From assembly GCA_965214935.1 (NCBI GenBank), contig CBDCCS010000011.1, positions 64,001 through 128,000 of the forward strand: a stretch of DNA of 64,000 nucleotides, read 5' to 3'. The position numbers were made by a program, and so were the translations under genes. Shown here one piece after another: positions 48,819 through 58,634 of this stretch. Position 1 is the first letter of the stretch, and the number at the start of each line of letters is the position of its first letter. The DNA comes from Candidatus Velthaea sp. (lineage in GTDB: Bacteria > Vulcanimicrobiota > Vulcanimicrobiia > Vulcanimicrobiales > Vulcanimicrobiaceae). The notes beneath the pieces were generated by a model. That model was not told the origin of the DNA and made no database searches. It was given only the letters and a program-made list of their open reading frames with translations.

Positions 48819-49972
48819 TCGAGAGGCGGATGGCGGCGCACGTTGCGCCGCTCGCTCGCGAACACTTTGCGCTCGACCCGTCGATCACATACCTCAATCA
48901 CGCCGCCGTCGGCGTTTTACCGATCGTTACGCGCGATGCACTCAAGGCGTTCGTCGACGATCATGCCGCCCGCGGTGTGCTCGGCGTCGTCGCCACCGAG
49001 CTGAACATGCCGGCCTTTCGCGCCGCCGTGGGCCGCTTTATCGGCGCGAGCGGTACGGAGATCGCGTTGTTGCGCAACACCGGTGACGGCGCGACGATTT
49101 TGGCCCAGGGCCTCGAGCTGCAAACCGGCGATGAGATCATCATCAACCGTAACGAGTTCGGCTCGAACGCGTATCCGTGGCTGGCGCTCGGCAAACGCGG
49201 AGTGACGGTGCGCTTCATCGATGCGCCGCGCGAGCGTATGACGCCCGACGTACTAGCGCGCGAAATTGGACCGCGCACCAAAGCCGTTGCGGTGTCGTGG
49301 GTTTCGTTCGATGATGGTTACCGGCACGATCTCGCAGCTTTAGCGGAAGTAACGCATCGCGCCGGTGCACTGTTCTTCGTCGATGCAATTCAAGGTCTCG
49401 GCGCATTCCCGTTCGACGTGCGAGCGATGGGGATCGACGCGTGTTATGCCGGCGGCGCAAAGTGGCTGATGGCTTTGCAAGGCGTGAGCTTTCTCTACGT
49501 ACGCGCAGACCTAATCGAACGCATCGCGCTGAACTTGCCGAGCTGGCGGAGCGTCGCGGACATGTGGAATTTTCTCGATTACGATCAGGCCTGGGCAAAG
49601 GATGCAACGCGTTACGAAGGCGGTACACCGAATTTCGCCGGGGCGCTTTCGCTGGCGACGTCGATTCGGCTGCTCGCACAAGCGGGCACGGACTGCATTG
49701 GCGCGCACGTTTTAGCGCTCACCGATTACTTGTGCGAAGAATTGCAGGCTGCCGGCTGTACGATTTCGAGCGTTCGCAACGCGGCTGAGCGCAGCGGCAT
49801 CGTCCGGTTCGCAAAGCCCGGAGTCGATCCGCTCGAACTCGGCAAGGTCGTTGCGCGCTCCGGTTTCGTGACGACGAATCGAGCGAGCGGCATTCGCGTT
49901 TCACCGCACGGCTACAATAGCTTTGCGGAGATTGAAGCCTTCGGCGAACTCATCGCTGCGATAACCGCTTAA
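48815..49972 (+). CDS. class V PLP-dependent aminotransferase (cysteine desulfurase-like fold)
   Basis: YLNHAAVG, VDAIQGLG, KWL, RYEGGT, IRVSPHGYN. Confidence 0.88.
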   Translation: MIERRMAAHVAPLAREHFALDPSITYLNHAAVGVLPIVTRDALKAFVDDHAARGVLGVVATELNMPAFRAAVGRFIGASGTEIALLRNTGDGATILAQGLELQTGDEIIINRNEFGSNAYPWLALGKRGVTVRFIDAPRERMTPDVLAREIGPRTKAVAVSWVSFDDGYRHDLAALAEVTHRAGALFFVDAIQGLGAFPFDVRAMGIDACYAGGAKWLMALQGVSFLYVRADLIERIALNLPSWRSVADMWNFLDYDQAWAKDATRYEGGTPNFAGALSLATSIRLLAQAGTDCIGAHVLALTDYLCEELQAAGCTISSVRNAAERSGIVRFAKPGVDPLELGKVVARSGFVTTNRASGIRVSPHGYNSFAEIEAFGELIAAITA

Positions 49973-50162
49973 GGCAATTGCACGTACTCCATTCCTGATT
50001 GCGATCGCAATTCGTCGGTGACGACTCGCGAGTTCGCCTTGTAAATAGTCGGCCCGCTCGCAAAGTGCCTCGCCAAAATGGAGCCGGTTTGTGCGAGCCG
50101 CGCCGTTTACTACTTAGCGCATCAATCTTAGCGCAATGCGCAACTCGCAGTCGCTCTCGACG

Positions 50163-50654
50163 TCAGTCGTTCGCCGTCATTGCTCGGCCGGCGCGGCTCT
50201 GTTCTGAGGCGAGATGCGCTTCGAGCTTTTCGAATGTTTCTGCCCAGCCGATGTTCGCGTTGGCGACGTAGTCTGCTTCAAAGTCCGCCGAGCTTTGCAC
50301 GATCGTCAGCTCAGTCTTTTCGCCTCGGTCTTCAAACGTGACGGTCATGCGTATCTTCAGTGCAGGGCTTCCCGGCCGTTCAAGTACGCCGGCGGAAACG
50401 AGGCGTTGCTCCGGAACGACTTCCTCGAACGTTCCGCTGACGACGACGAGGCCGCCGCCCGGCGTCCGCATTTCGCGCCGGAAACGGCCGCCGGGCCGGC
50501 GGTCGGCCTCGTCCAGCGACACCGTGCAACCGTGAGGACCCCACCAGCGCGAAACGTGCGCCGGGTCAGTCCAGACTTTCCAAACCAGAGATCGGGGCGC
50601 GTCGAGTACCCGGGTAACGGAAAAGGTCGTTGCCGCAGGGACGCTATCGTTCAT
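50163..50654 (-). CDS. SRPBCC/AHSA1 (START-like) domain protein
   Basis: RVLDAPRSLVWKVWTDP...WWGP; C-terminal GW..TFEKL. Confidence 0.88.
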   Translation of the reverse strand: MNDSVPAATTFSVTRVLDAPRSLVWKVWTDPAHVSRWWGPHGCTVSLDEADRRPGGRFRREMRTPGGGLVVVSGTFEEVVPEQRLVSAGVLERPGSPALKIRMTVTFEDRGEKTELTIVQSSADFEADYVANANIGWAETFEKLEAHLASEQSRAGRAMTAND

Positions 50655-50994
50655 CGCAATCTCCAGTCTGCAATTCGCGCAGATATGTTTCGAGGCGGTC
50701 GAGGCGGCCGTTCCAGGCTCGTGTCTGCTCGGCGATCCAGTCGCTTGCGAGCCCGAGCCGCTCGCCGGCGAGCGTACAGCCGACGGTGCGGCCGCGTTTC
50801 GTCCGGGTGACGAGCGCGGCGCTTTCAAGGACGTCGAGGTGCTTGATGACGGCTTGCAGCGTAACGGGATAGGCGCGTGCAATCTCGCCGACCGACGCGT
50901 CGCCCGTGACAAGGCGCGCGACGATCGAGCGTCGCGTCGGATCGGCAAGCGCCGCGAAAACGCGGTCTAAGTTCGCCGGCAAATACTCAACCAT
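50644..50994 (-). CDS. ArsR/SmtB-family transcriptional regulator
   Basis: LDRVFAALADPTRRSI, KHLDVLE.A.LV...GR. Confidence 0.92.
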   Translation of the reverse strand: MVEYLPANLDRVFAALADPTRRSIVARLVTGDASVGEIARAYPVTLQAVIKHLDVLESAALVTRTKRGRTVGCTLAGERLGLASDWIAEQTRAWNGRLDRLETYLRELQTGDCDER

Positions 50995-51030
50995 CTGGTT
51001 CAGTATCGGCCAAGTCGACGTTCTTGTCAA
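50984..51030 (-). promoter_or_regulatory. leaderless sigma70 promoter and palindromic operator of ArsR-SRPBCC operon
   Basis: TTGACA-17 nt-GATACT-7 nt-ATG; near-palindrome TACTCAACCA-TC-TGGTTCAGTA (50984-51005) spans -10 and start codon. Confidence 0.8.
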
Positions 51031-51455
51031 GCGCCGCCGCACGATGTGCGATCGGGCATCGCAGCATATCCTTTGCGACAACTTCACGACGACCGTAATC
51101 GAGCGATACGCCTACGTTCCAGCGAAGCAGCACCGCTACGAGACTTTTTGTCGAACTAGCGAAGCATTACCGTGCGACGGCTAGACTGCACGCGTCAAAT
51201 CGATACAGATCGGGTGAGGTCGAGCGTTTTCACCGCTTGCGTGAATCGCTATATGCGCCACTTACCACCTTGCAGGTCCGATGTGTTGACGTAATAACGG
51301 CGCAGCACCAGCTTCGAATGTGGGTTGACGAAAACACGTCATTGTCGCCAAATCGTCGTACGCAGTACAGCACGATCGGTCGGTCACGTCCTCAATGCAT
51401 TCACTGCACGCTCGACGGAACCGTACGTGCACGTGCAGTCGCTGCCGTGCGCCGG

Positions 51456-52118
51456 CTAGTGAAAAAGTCCGGAGAGAATGTTGATGACGAGCGCGACGAT
51501 CGCGGTGTTGTATGCAAATGAGATTAGCGCATGGACGAGTGCAACGCGGCGTAGGCCGCTGTCGGTAATCGAAACATCCGAAACTTGAAACGTCATGCCG
51601 ATGACAAACGAAAAGTAAGCGAAGTCGTAGTCGTTCGGTTCGGTCGTACCGGGAAACGTTAGACCTCGCTGCGCGGAACCATCGTCATCGGAGTCAAAAT
51701 AATAAAGATGCGCGTAACGAAAAAGAAACATCGTGTGAATTAACAGCCAACCGACGATGACGGCGAGCAAACCGATTCCGTACAAAAAATACTTTTCGTT
51801 TATATTCGAGACATGCGGACCCCGGCCTAAAATGATGACGGCCGAAGCGAGTCCCGTGCAGACGCTCCCCAGCACGAGTGCAAGCACCACGTTGCGTCCC
51901 GGGTCTTCAACGGCGGCGCGGCACGCGGTATTGTCCGGATTGCTGTGCATCGCCAAAAACCAAAAAATGCCGATGAGGACGAGTCCTGCGGCATCGTAGG
52001 CGGCAACGCCGCGGGTCGCGCCGCCGATCCAACGCGGCGCAAAAAAAATGACGGCCAACGCCGTTGCAGCGGCCGCACTAAAACCGATGAATCGACCGCG
52101 CCACGGCGTCCGGATCAT
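51456..52118 (-). CDS. DUF1345-like membrane protein
   Basis: YAHLYY, GLTFPG..EP.Y.DFAYFSFVIGMTFQVSD. Confidence 0.85.
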   Translation of the reverse strand: MIRTPWRGRFIGFSAAAATALAVIFFAPRWIGGATRGVAAYDAAGLVLIGIFWFLAMHSNPDNTACRAAVEDPGRNVVLALVLGSVCTGLASAVIILGRGPHVSNINEKYFLYGIGLLAVIVGWLLIHTMFLFRYAHLYYFDSDDDGSAQRGLTFPGTTEPNDYDFAYFSFVIGMTFQVSDVSITDSGLRRVALVHALISFAYNTAIVALVINILSGLFH

Positions 52119-52144
52119 GAACCGGGCCCGGCGAACCGCCGTAC

Positions 52145-53596
52145 TTATGCGCCGGCCTCATGGCTAGCACACGGCGCCATGATCGCATCGCTCATACCAT
52201 GGATGAGCCGTTTATCGGCCGGTGCCACGGTCGCGAGGATGCCGCCCAGGCGCGTATCGTCTCCGACAACGAAATAGTACGGACAGAGACGCACGCGCCC
52301 ATCCATCGTGCGCACCGAATCGCTGCCGCGATCGTAATAATCGACGGTCACCCGGCGGCCTTTGTGAAAGCGCTGGAGGATATGCGGTGTTCGTGAATAC
52401 ATCGCTAGTGCCGAGGTCAGCGCTTCGTGCCACTCCTCTTTGGTTAAATCGTTGGCTACCCGCACGCCGCGCGAACCCCACGCAAGTTCGCTAAAACCGG
52501 ACGGCTTCACGACGTAGTCGCGCTCGCTCTTGCCCAGCGACTCGAGGTTCATCCAATCGCGTGCCGGCTGGCCGGCCGCCGTCAAACCCATGATTGCGGC
52601 ATGCGGTGGTAGCGGCCGCGGATCCATCACCCATGTTTGCGGAAAGATCGAAAGCAACCGGGAGAATACGGCGGCGCCGAGTTCTTTGGTCCAGAGCGCC
52701 GCGAGTTGCGGGTGGTGCAGCAGGGCAAAGGCGGACTTTTCTTCGAGCTGTGCCTTCGGCGGCGGCGTCATCCGAACGCGATTATGCCGCGCTGCATACA
52801 GCATGAGTTCTTGCTTGGGAACATTGAGCAGATCGAAGAGCTCGAAATTGCGGTAGAGCACATCGATCTTCTCTTCGCGGCCGTCATCGAGCCGGGCGAA
52901 TAACGCATCTTCCGTGAAGATGACGGCCTGCGGCAGAACGACGTAGGCGTCGGCAACGCCGCGCACGCGCATCGCGTCCGCCAGCCAGCGCAGTTCATTG
53001 CGATAATCGGCCGATTCCTCGGAAACGACGATCGCCACGACCGGCCGCGGCTTTTGCGCCGTCGATGCCAGCATCGCAGCGAAACCGTCCGCCATCCCGT
53101 CGGTCTCGCCGACGGTGTCGAAACCAAGCTGACAGTATGTTTGCGCCATTGCCCCGACGAAGCCCATGCCGCCCGGTACGCTATCGAGTTCGCTTGCGAT
53201 GTAACCGCCGTCTTCGGTGAGAATGAGATCGGGCCGGATAACTTGCGGAACGTCCGATTTGAAGCGATTCTGGCGCGCCAGCTTGACGATCGCTTCGGGT
53301 TTGCCTTGATCGAGATATTCTGCAATGAATGCCGGTGCGCTGCCGCGCGCGCTGCGCGCATACAACGCCGACAAGGCGCGGTAAAAGGCGAGCAGCGGAG
53401 GACCGAGGCTGGCGATCCGTTCGATCGTTGCCGGCGCCAGCCGGAATGGTTCGGTCGCGACGCGCCAGGCAACCCCGCTTTGCACTTCGCCCGGCACGGC
53501 ATCGACGGTACGAAACAGGCCTGACGGCAAATGTTCGACGAGATACCGCCCGCGCTCGGTCGAGGTGAGGTCGGGGGCAATCGCCGTACAGCCCAT
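52145..53596 (-). CDS. ATP-grasp-like protein (glutathionylspermidine-synthase/circularly permuted ATP-grasp-like)
   Basis: IRPDLIL...ASELDSVPGG, LYRNFE, YVVKP....WGSRGV and ILQRF patterns. Confidence 0.6.
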   Translation of the reverse strand: MGCTAIAPDLTSTERGRYLVEHLPSGLFRTVDAVPGEVQSGVAWRVATEPFRLAPATIERIASLGPPLLAFYRALSALYARSARGSAPAFIAEYLDQGKPEAIVKLARQNRFKSDVPQVIRPDLILTEDGGYIASELDSVPGGMGFVGAMAQTYCQLGFDTVGETDGMADGFAAMLASTAQKPRPVVAIVVSEESADYRNELRWLADAMRVRGVADAYVVLPQAVIFTEDALFARLDDGREEKIDVLYRNFELFDLLNVPKQELMLYAARHNRVRMTPPPKAQLEEKSAFALLHHPQLAALWTKELGAAVFSRLLSIFPQTWVMDPRPLPPHAAIMGLTAAGQPARDWMNLESLGKSERDYVVKPSGFSELAWGSRGVRVANDLTKEEWHEALTSALAMYSRTPHILQRFHKGRRVTVDYYDRGSDSVRTMDGRVRLCPYYFVVGDDTRLGGILATVAPADKRLIHGMSDAIMAPCASHEAGA

Positions 53597-53679
53597 CGGC
53601 TATCTCTTACACGCCATGTCGTGGATTCCAAACCTGGCTGCCGCCGAGCGGTTGCGCGCTGCCGCGCATCGGCCAAGCT

Positions 53680-54057
53680 CTACTTTACCGGCGTTGCTCC
53701 GGGCAATGCCAGCGCATGCTCGAGGCCGACGAATCCACGCCGATACGCCAGCGTCATATGCAACGTACGCCGAATCCCCAGCGGACCCAAATCGACGTCG
53801 TCGATCGTATGCGAAATCGCCGCACCGGCGACAACCGCGAACGTAATGGATCGCGCGAGCGTTCTGCCTCCGGAGACAAACGTTTGGCTGACGGTTACGC
53901 CGGGTGCGCCGGCTCCGGCGGGAATGCAAAACATCGCCGTGACGCCGGTTCCATTGAGCGCAAAGCTGTCGTGAGTGCAATGCGGCGATTGCGCGTTCAC
54001 CGGCTGAAGGCAGCCGAGCGCAAGACCCAAACCGATCGCGAACCGCGGCAACACCAT
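53680..54057 (-). CDS. exported hypothetical protein
   Basis: Signal peptide (…PVNA), two Cys, beta-rich. Confidence 0.6.
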   Translation of the reverse strand: MVLPRFAIGLGLALGCLQPVNAQSPHCTHDSFALNGTGVTAMFCIPAGAGAPGVTVSQTFVSGGRTLARSITFAVVAGAAISHTIDDVDLGPLGIRRTLHMTLAYRRGFVGLEHALALPGATPVK

Positions 54058-54134
54058 CGATCGCTAAACGGCCGGCAGCAGACGGGCGTTGCACATGGAG
54101 TTATCGCCGCATGCCGAACAACCGATAGGAAACC

Positions 54135-54956
54135 ATGCCCGACATCGAACTCATCGCGCTCGACCTCGACGGAACGCTTCTCGCCGCAGATGAAAGCATC
54201 TCGGTTGCCAACCGAACGGCAATCGCCGGGGCGCTGGACGCCGGCATACGGGTGGTGCTCGTCACCGGGCGCGGCGTCGATACGCCGATTCGTGTTTCGC
54301 GCGACCTCGGCTTGAATTTACCGGTGATCTGCTGTCACGGCGCACTGACGAAAGATTTCGGCGCCAACCGGACGCTCGTTCACATTCCGGTGCCCATGCA
54401 GTACGCGCGGCCGATGATCGAATACGCCGAGCGTTCGGGACTTGCGCTGGCGGTGTACGTCGATGAGTATTTTTACCGGCTTGAAGGCTCGCATATCTAC
54501 ATGCAAGATATGACCGGCCCGGCTTGGCGTGAGGCGCGTTCGTTCGAAGAGGTGCTGCATGCCGCGCCGACGTTCATTCGCTTCCTGGGTGCCGAATCGG
54601 TCGCCGCCATGCAGCGTGAATTCGGCGACTTTCCGCTCGCGTTCCGGCACGAAACATGGAACGATTTTGTCGAGTGTGCGGTGCTTAGTCGTGAAGCCTC
54701 GAAGCAAACGGCGTTAGCCCGCTTGTGCGCCGATTTCGGAGTTCCGGCCGACCGCGTCCTTGCCGTCGGCGACTCGCGCAACGACGTTCCGATGATGCAG
54801 TGGGCCGGTATCGGCGTCGCGATGGGAAACGCGCTGCCCGAAGTGCGCCACGCGGTGCGCTTCGTGACCGCGAGCAACGAACGCGACGGCGTCGCTTTGG
54901 CAATTGAGAAATTTGCTTTGACCTCGACGCGCCTTCAACCCAAAAAGAGCGCTTGA
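54135..54956 (+). CDS. Cof-type HAD-IIB hydrolase
   Basis: DLDGTLL, TGR, GDSRND and AMGNA motifs; AGGA RBS. Confidence 0.93.
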   Translation: MPDIELIALDLDGTLLAADESISVANRTAIAGALDAGIRVVLVTGRGVDTPIRVSRDLGLNLPVICCHGALTKDFGANRTLVHIPVPMQYARPMIEYAERSGLALAVYVDEYFYRLEGSHIYMQDMTGPAWREARSFEEVLHAAPTFIRFLGAESVAAMQREFGDFPLAFRHETWNDFVECAVLSREASKQTALARLCADFGVPADRVLAVGDSRNDVPMMQWAGIGVAMGNALPEVRHAVRFVTASNERDGVALAIEKFALTSTRLQPKKSA

Positions 54957-55219
54957 TGAGCGTCGTCCCGGCACAGCCTTCACCTGATTACGAAGGTGCG
55001 TTACGCACCGTGCTCGCGCAACGCGATTGGCGGGCGTTACGCGAATTCTCGCGCGAACGCAATGACATTCCCGATGACGTCTACGCCCAAGATCAGCATT
55101 TTTGGGAAGTGCTCATGCACAAACTTACCGTCAACCGGTTTGACTTGCTGGCGCATCATGCGGATAGCCGGGCCTGGCTCGAAGGTCGCGGCTACACGAC
55201 GGATCTCGGCGGATTTTGA
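54956..55219 (+). CDS. hypothetical protein (87 aa)
   Basis: TGATG overlap with Cof gene; protein-like composition. Confidence 0.65.
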   Translation: MSVVPAQPSPDYEGALRTVLAQRDWRALREFSRERNDIPDDVYAQDQHFWEVLMHKLTVNRFDLLAHHADSRAWLEGRGYTTDLGGF

Positions 55220-55480
55220 CGCCGCGCAGCGACATGACGCCGACACTCGGCCGGCGTGGGCGGGTCATGCGCGGCGATGTTCGCTAAACGCAGCGGCGAA
55301 GGTCTGCGCGCCGCGCCCGCGCGTTCGCATATTGCCGGTACGGAGGCGTGACTTGAATCGACCGATCGTCTCAACGTACCGCGCGCTGCTTCGATCGCCG
55401 CGTCGCCTGCGCGCATGCCGACGGAGCGGTGCGCGCTGCGCGAACGACCGCCTTGCCGTTCTGCAAAGTGACGGCCGTCC

Positions 55481-55726
55481 GTGCGGGTGAGCGTGCTTGC
55501 ATTTGCGCGCTTACGCGAAGTCTTCGGTTTTACGCAGCGAGACGTCGAGGTAACGGCCGACGCTACGCTCGAAGCGCTTTGGCTGCAGCTTGCCGCCGAC
55601 GCGCCCGACGCCCGAGCGTTGCGCCCTTCGACCCGGTTTGCGCGCAACGGCGCGTTGGCCGACGGTTCCGTCGCATTGCGCGACGGCGATGAAGTCGCTT
55701 TGATGCCGCCGGTCGGCGGCGGGTGA
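55481..55726 (+). CDS. moaD: molybdopterin synthase sulfur carrier subunit
   Basis: FARLRE, GDEVALMPPVGGG C-terminal GG; precedes moaE. Confidence 0.92.
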   Translation: MRVSVLAFARLREVFGFTQRDVEVTADATLEALWLQLAADAPDARALRPSTRFARNGALADGSVALRDGDEVALMPPVGGG

Positions 55727-56157
55727 TGCTCGCGCTCGTTGCAGCCCCGATCGACCTCGGGCAACTCGTCCAAAGCGTTCGGACGGATGCCTGCGGCGCG
55801 ATCGTAACGTTCTTTGGTGTCGTTCGCGAGTCGTCTGCCGGCGACTCGCGGCGGGTCACAAGCATTCGTTATGAAGCGTATGCGGCGCTGGCCGAAGCGC
55901 AGATGGGGGCAATCGCAGCGCAGGCGGTTCACCGCTTCGGTCCACTCGAAATTGCGATCGTTCAGCGTACCGGCGAAGTTGCGTTAGGCGAAGCCAGCAT
56001 CGCGATCGCCGTGGCCGCAGCGCATCGCGACGCTGCCTTCGATGCCTGCGAATTCATCATCGATGAGATCAAGCTGCACGCCGCGGTTTGGAAGCAAGAA
56101 GTCTTCGCGGACGGCCGAAGCGCCTGGCGGGATAACCCACCCGCCGTGCCGCGCTAA
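55726..56157 (+). CDS. moaE: molybdopterin synthase catalytic subunit
   Basis: GAIVTFFGVVR, YEAY, HRDAAF and WKQE. Confidence 0.92.
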   Translation: MLALVAAPIDLGQLVQSVRTDACGAIVTFFGVVRESSAGDSRRVTSIRYEAYAALAEAQMGAIAAQAVHRFGPLEIAIVQRTGEVALGEASIAIAVAAAHRDAAFDACEFIIDEIKLHAAVWKQEVFADGRSAWRDNPPAVPR

Positions 56158-56182
56158 GCGCGACCGGCCGGTAAGTCCGACA

Positions 56183-56935
56183 ATGAACGTCGAATTGCTG
56201 CGCGCACCGGCGGCGGCCGGCGAGATTGCGGTGCTGGCTTACCAAGCGCGCCGGCCGCGCGGGATAACGCTGGTCGCCGGGCACGGGTATTCGAGCTCGA
56301 AACAGAATCTCGACGGCTTGTGTGCGTTTCTTGCCTCCCACGGCTTCGAGGTGTACGCGCTCGACTTTCCCGGCCATAAGCTCGGTGCCAGCGGCGGGCG
56401 GTTGCGATCGGTCGACGACCTCGTCGATGCGTTCGCCGCGGTCGTCCGATTGGCCCGGCATCGCGGTGCTTCCACGGTCTATTCGCTGGGCCATAGCATG
56501 GGCGCGGTAGCGGCGCTCTGTGCCGCGGCCGCCGACCGGCAAATCGCCGGCGTTATCTCGATTGCCACCGGTGATGGCCGGCCGCGTGCGCTTGCGGCGC
56601 TGGCGGGGCGGGGCGTCATCGATTTGCGTTCGTCTTATGTCGACGGCTTGACGCTACCCGAGATTGCGGTGCAATGGGAGCCGCTGCTCGAACGGGCGCC
56701 GGCACAGATCGCGGGCCGGCCGGTAATTTTCGTTGCAGCGCAAGCCGACGCCATGGTGACCGAGGCGAGCGTCCGCAATCTGTTCGAGCGAGCCGCCGAG
56801 CCGAAATCATTTGCCGTTATCAGCGGCAACCATACCTTCGCCGGGGAAAACGCGCGCGCGGCCGTGCTGGACTGGCTCAACAATCTTCATCCGCGTGCAC
56901 GGACCGCTGCGGATCCCAAGGCTGTCGGCGCGTGA
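56183..56935 (+). CDS. alpha/beta hydrolase
   Basis: HGY, DFPGH, GHSMG nucleophile elbow, Asp and His (GNH) triad candidates. Confidence 0.85.
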   Translation: MNVELLRAPAAAGEIAVLAYQARRPRGITLVAGHGYSSSKQNLDGLCAFLASHGFEVYALDFPGHKLGASGGRLRSVDDLVDAFAAVVRLARHRGASTVYSLGHSMGAVAALCAAAADRQIAGVISIATGDGRPRALAALAGRGVIDLRSSYVDGLTLPEIAVQWEPLLERAPAQIAGRPVIFVAAQADAMVTEASVRNLFERAAEPKSFAVISGNHTFAGENARAAVLDWLNNLHPRARTAADPKAVGA

Positions 56936-58056
56936 CGTCGCTGGCCGGCCGCGCCGAGTTACGCCGCTACAGCCGGCATCTGCTCATCCCCGAAGTCGGT
57001 TTGGCCGGGCAAGAGAAACTGAGCGCAGCCCGCGTGCTGTGCATTGGAGCCGGCGGACTCGGCTCGCCGGTTCTCGCCTACCTCGCCGCCGCCGGCGTCG
57101 GACGGATCGGCATCGTCGACGACGATCGGGTCGACGTCACCAACCTGCAGCGCCAGATCTTGTATACGACGGGCGATATCGGAGCACCCAAAGCCGCTAC
57201 TGCGGCCGAACGGCTACGAGCGCTGAACCCGCAGATTTCGATCGACCCGATCGGCGTGCGTTTTGATGCGCACAATGCGCGCGAACTCGTACGTCTCTAT
57301 GACGTCGTCGTCGACGGCACCGATACGTTCGAGTCGCGGTACCTCATCAACGATGCTTGCGTGCTTGAAGCCAAGCCGGACGTCTACGGAGCGATCTTTC
57401 GGTTCGACGGGCAAGTCTCGATTTTCGGCGCTCCGGAGGGGCCGTGCTACCGCTGTCTGTATCCGCAACCGCCGCCCGCGCATCTCGTCCCGACGTGCGC
57501 CGAAGGCGGCGTCCTCGGCGTGCTCGCCGGCATCGTCGGCACGTGGCAAGCATCGGAGGCGCTCAAACTGCTTTTGGGCATCGGTACACCGCTCGTCGGC
57601 CGGCTCTTACTGATCGATGCACTCGACGCACGCATCCGGGACGTGCGGATCGCCAAAGATCCCGGCTGTCCGGTCTGTGGAACGAACCCGTCGATCCGGG
57701 AACCGGGCGAACTGCTGACGCCGGCGCCTGCTCCGCAGCGCGTCGCCGAAGTCGACGCGGCGCACCTCGATGCATTGCTGGCCACTGATAACGCCATCCG
57801 CGTGCTCGACGTACGCGACGTCCACGAGCGCATACTGGGAGCCGTTCCCGGTGCGATTGAAATCCCCGTCGCCGAACTCGACGCGCGATTAGCGGAACTC
57901 GATAGCGCGCGAACCTATGTGCTTGCCTGTCGCGTCGGAGCAAAGTCGCGTTGGGCTGCCGAACGGTTGCACGACGCGGGTTTTCGCAAACTTTTTCACC
58001 TCCGCGACGGCCTGTTGGCATACGCTGCGCTCGACGCTGCGTTCGACATTTACTAA
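56932..58056 (+). CDS. moeB: molybdopterin-synthase adenylyltransferase with C-terminal rhodanese domain (MoeB/MoeZ type)
   Basis: RYSRHL, GAGGLG, NLQRQ, CYRC/CPVC zinc motifs; LDVR...CRVGAKS rhodanese. Confidence 0.92.
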   Translation: MTSLAGRAELRRYSRHLLIPEVGLAGQEKLSAARVLCIGAGGLGSPVLAYLAAAGVGRIGIVDDDRVDVTNLQRQILYTTGDIGAPKAATAAERLRALNPQISIDPIGVRFDAHNARELVRLYDVVVDGTDTFESRYLINDACVLEAKPDVYGAIFRFDGQVSIFGAPEGPCYRCLYPQPPPAHLVPTCAEGGVLGVLAGIVGTWQASEALKLLLGIGTPLVGRLLLIDALDARIRDVRIAKDPGCPVCGTNPSIREPGELLTPAPAPQRVAEVDAAHLDALLATDNAIRVLDVRDVHERILGAVPGAIEIPVAELDARLAELDSARTYVLACRVGAKSRWAAERLHDAGFRKLFHLRDGLLAYAALDAAFDIY

Positions 58057-58103
58057 CGCCGAACTCCACTGCCGCGCGACGCGCGCATCCTCCGAAAGCA
58101 AGC

Positions 58104-58634
58104 GTGTTACAAGCATTCGATACGAAGTTCGCGGCTGCGAAAATTTTCGTTCCCGACGTGTACGACGACGACCGCGGGTATTTCAAAGAAACGTTTTCAA
58201 CGCCCAAGTACGCGGCGCTCGGCATCGCGACCACGCACTGGGAGCAAGATTCGTCATCGTGGTCGACGCGCAACGTCATTCGCGGCATTCACTATGATTT
58301 TCGCATGGCCAAACTCGTGCAGTGCCTGCATGGCCGTATCTTCGACGTCATCGTCGATTTGCAACGCGATTCGCGCACGTATCTCAACTGGCAAGGCTTT
58401 CTTTTGTCGGCGAGCAACCACCGTCAGCTCTACGTTCCGCCGGGCTTCGGCCACGGCTTCATCGCCCTCGATGATGAAGTCGTCGTGCACTATAAAAATA
58501 GCGTAGCCTACGATCCGGCCAGCGAAGGTGCCGTCAGTTGGCGCAATCCACGGGTCGGTATCGAATGGCCGCTCGTCGGCGAGCCGCGTTTGTCGGCCAA
58601 AGATGCCGCCGTCCCGCTCGATGCACTACCATGA
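58104..58634 (+). CDS. rfbC: dTDP-4-dehydrorhamnose 3,5-epimerase
   Basis: DDRGYFKE, IRGIHY, KLVQC, IFDVIVD, VPPGFGHGF, LSAKD. Confidence 0.92.
   Translation: MLQAFDTKFAAAKIFVPDVYDDDRGYFKETFSTPKYAALGIATTHWEQDSSSWSTRNVIRGIHYDFRMAKLVQCLHGRIFDVIVDLQRDSRTYLNWQGFLLSASNHRQLYVPPGFGHGFIALDDEVVVHYKNSVAYDPASEGAVSWRNPRVGIEWPLVGEPRLSAKDAAVPLDALP

Noticed and set aside
55220..55480. Possible Moco RNA motif or small gene upstream of moaD
   Set aside because: Conserved Moco-motif nucleotides could not be found; small ORFs lack an RBS
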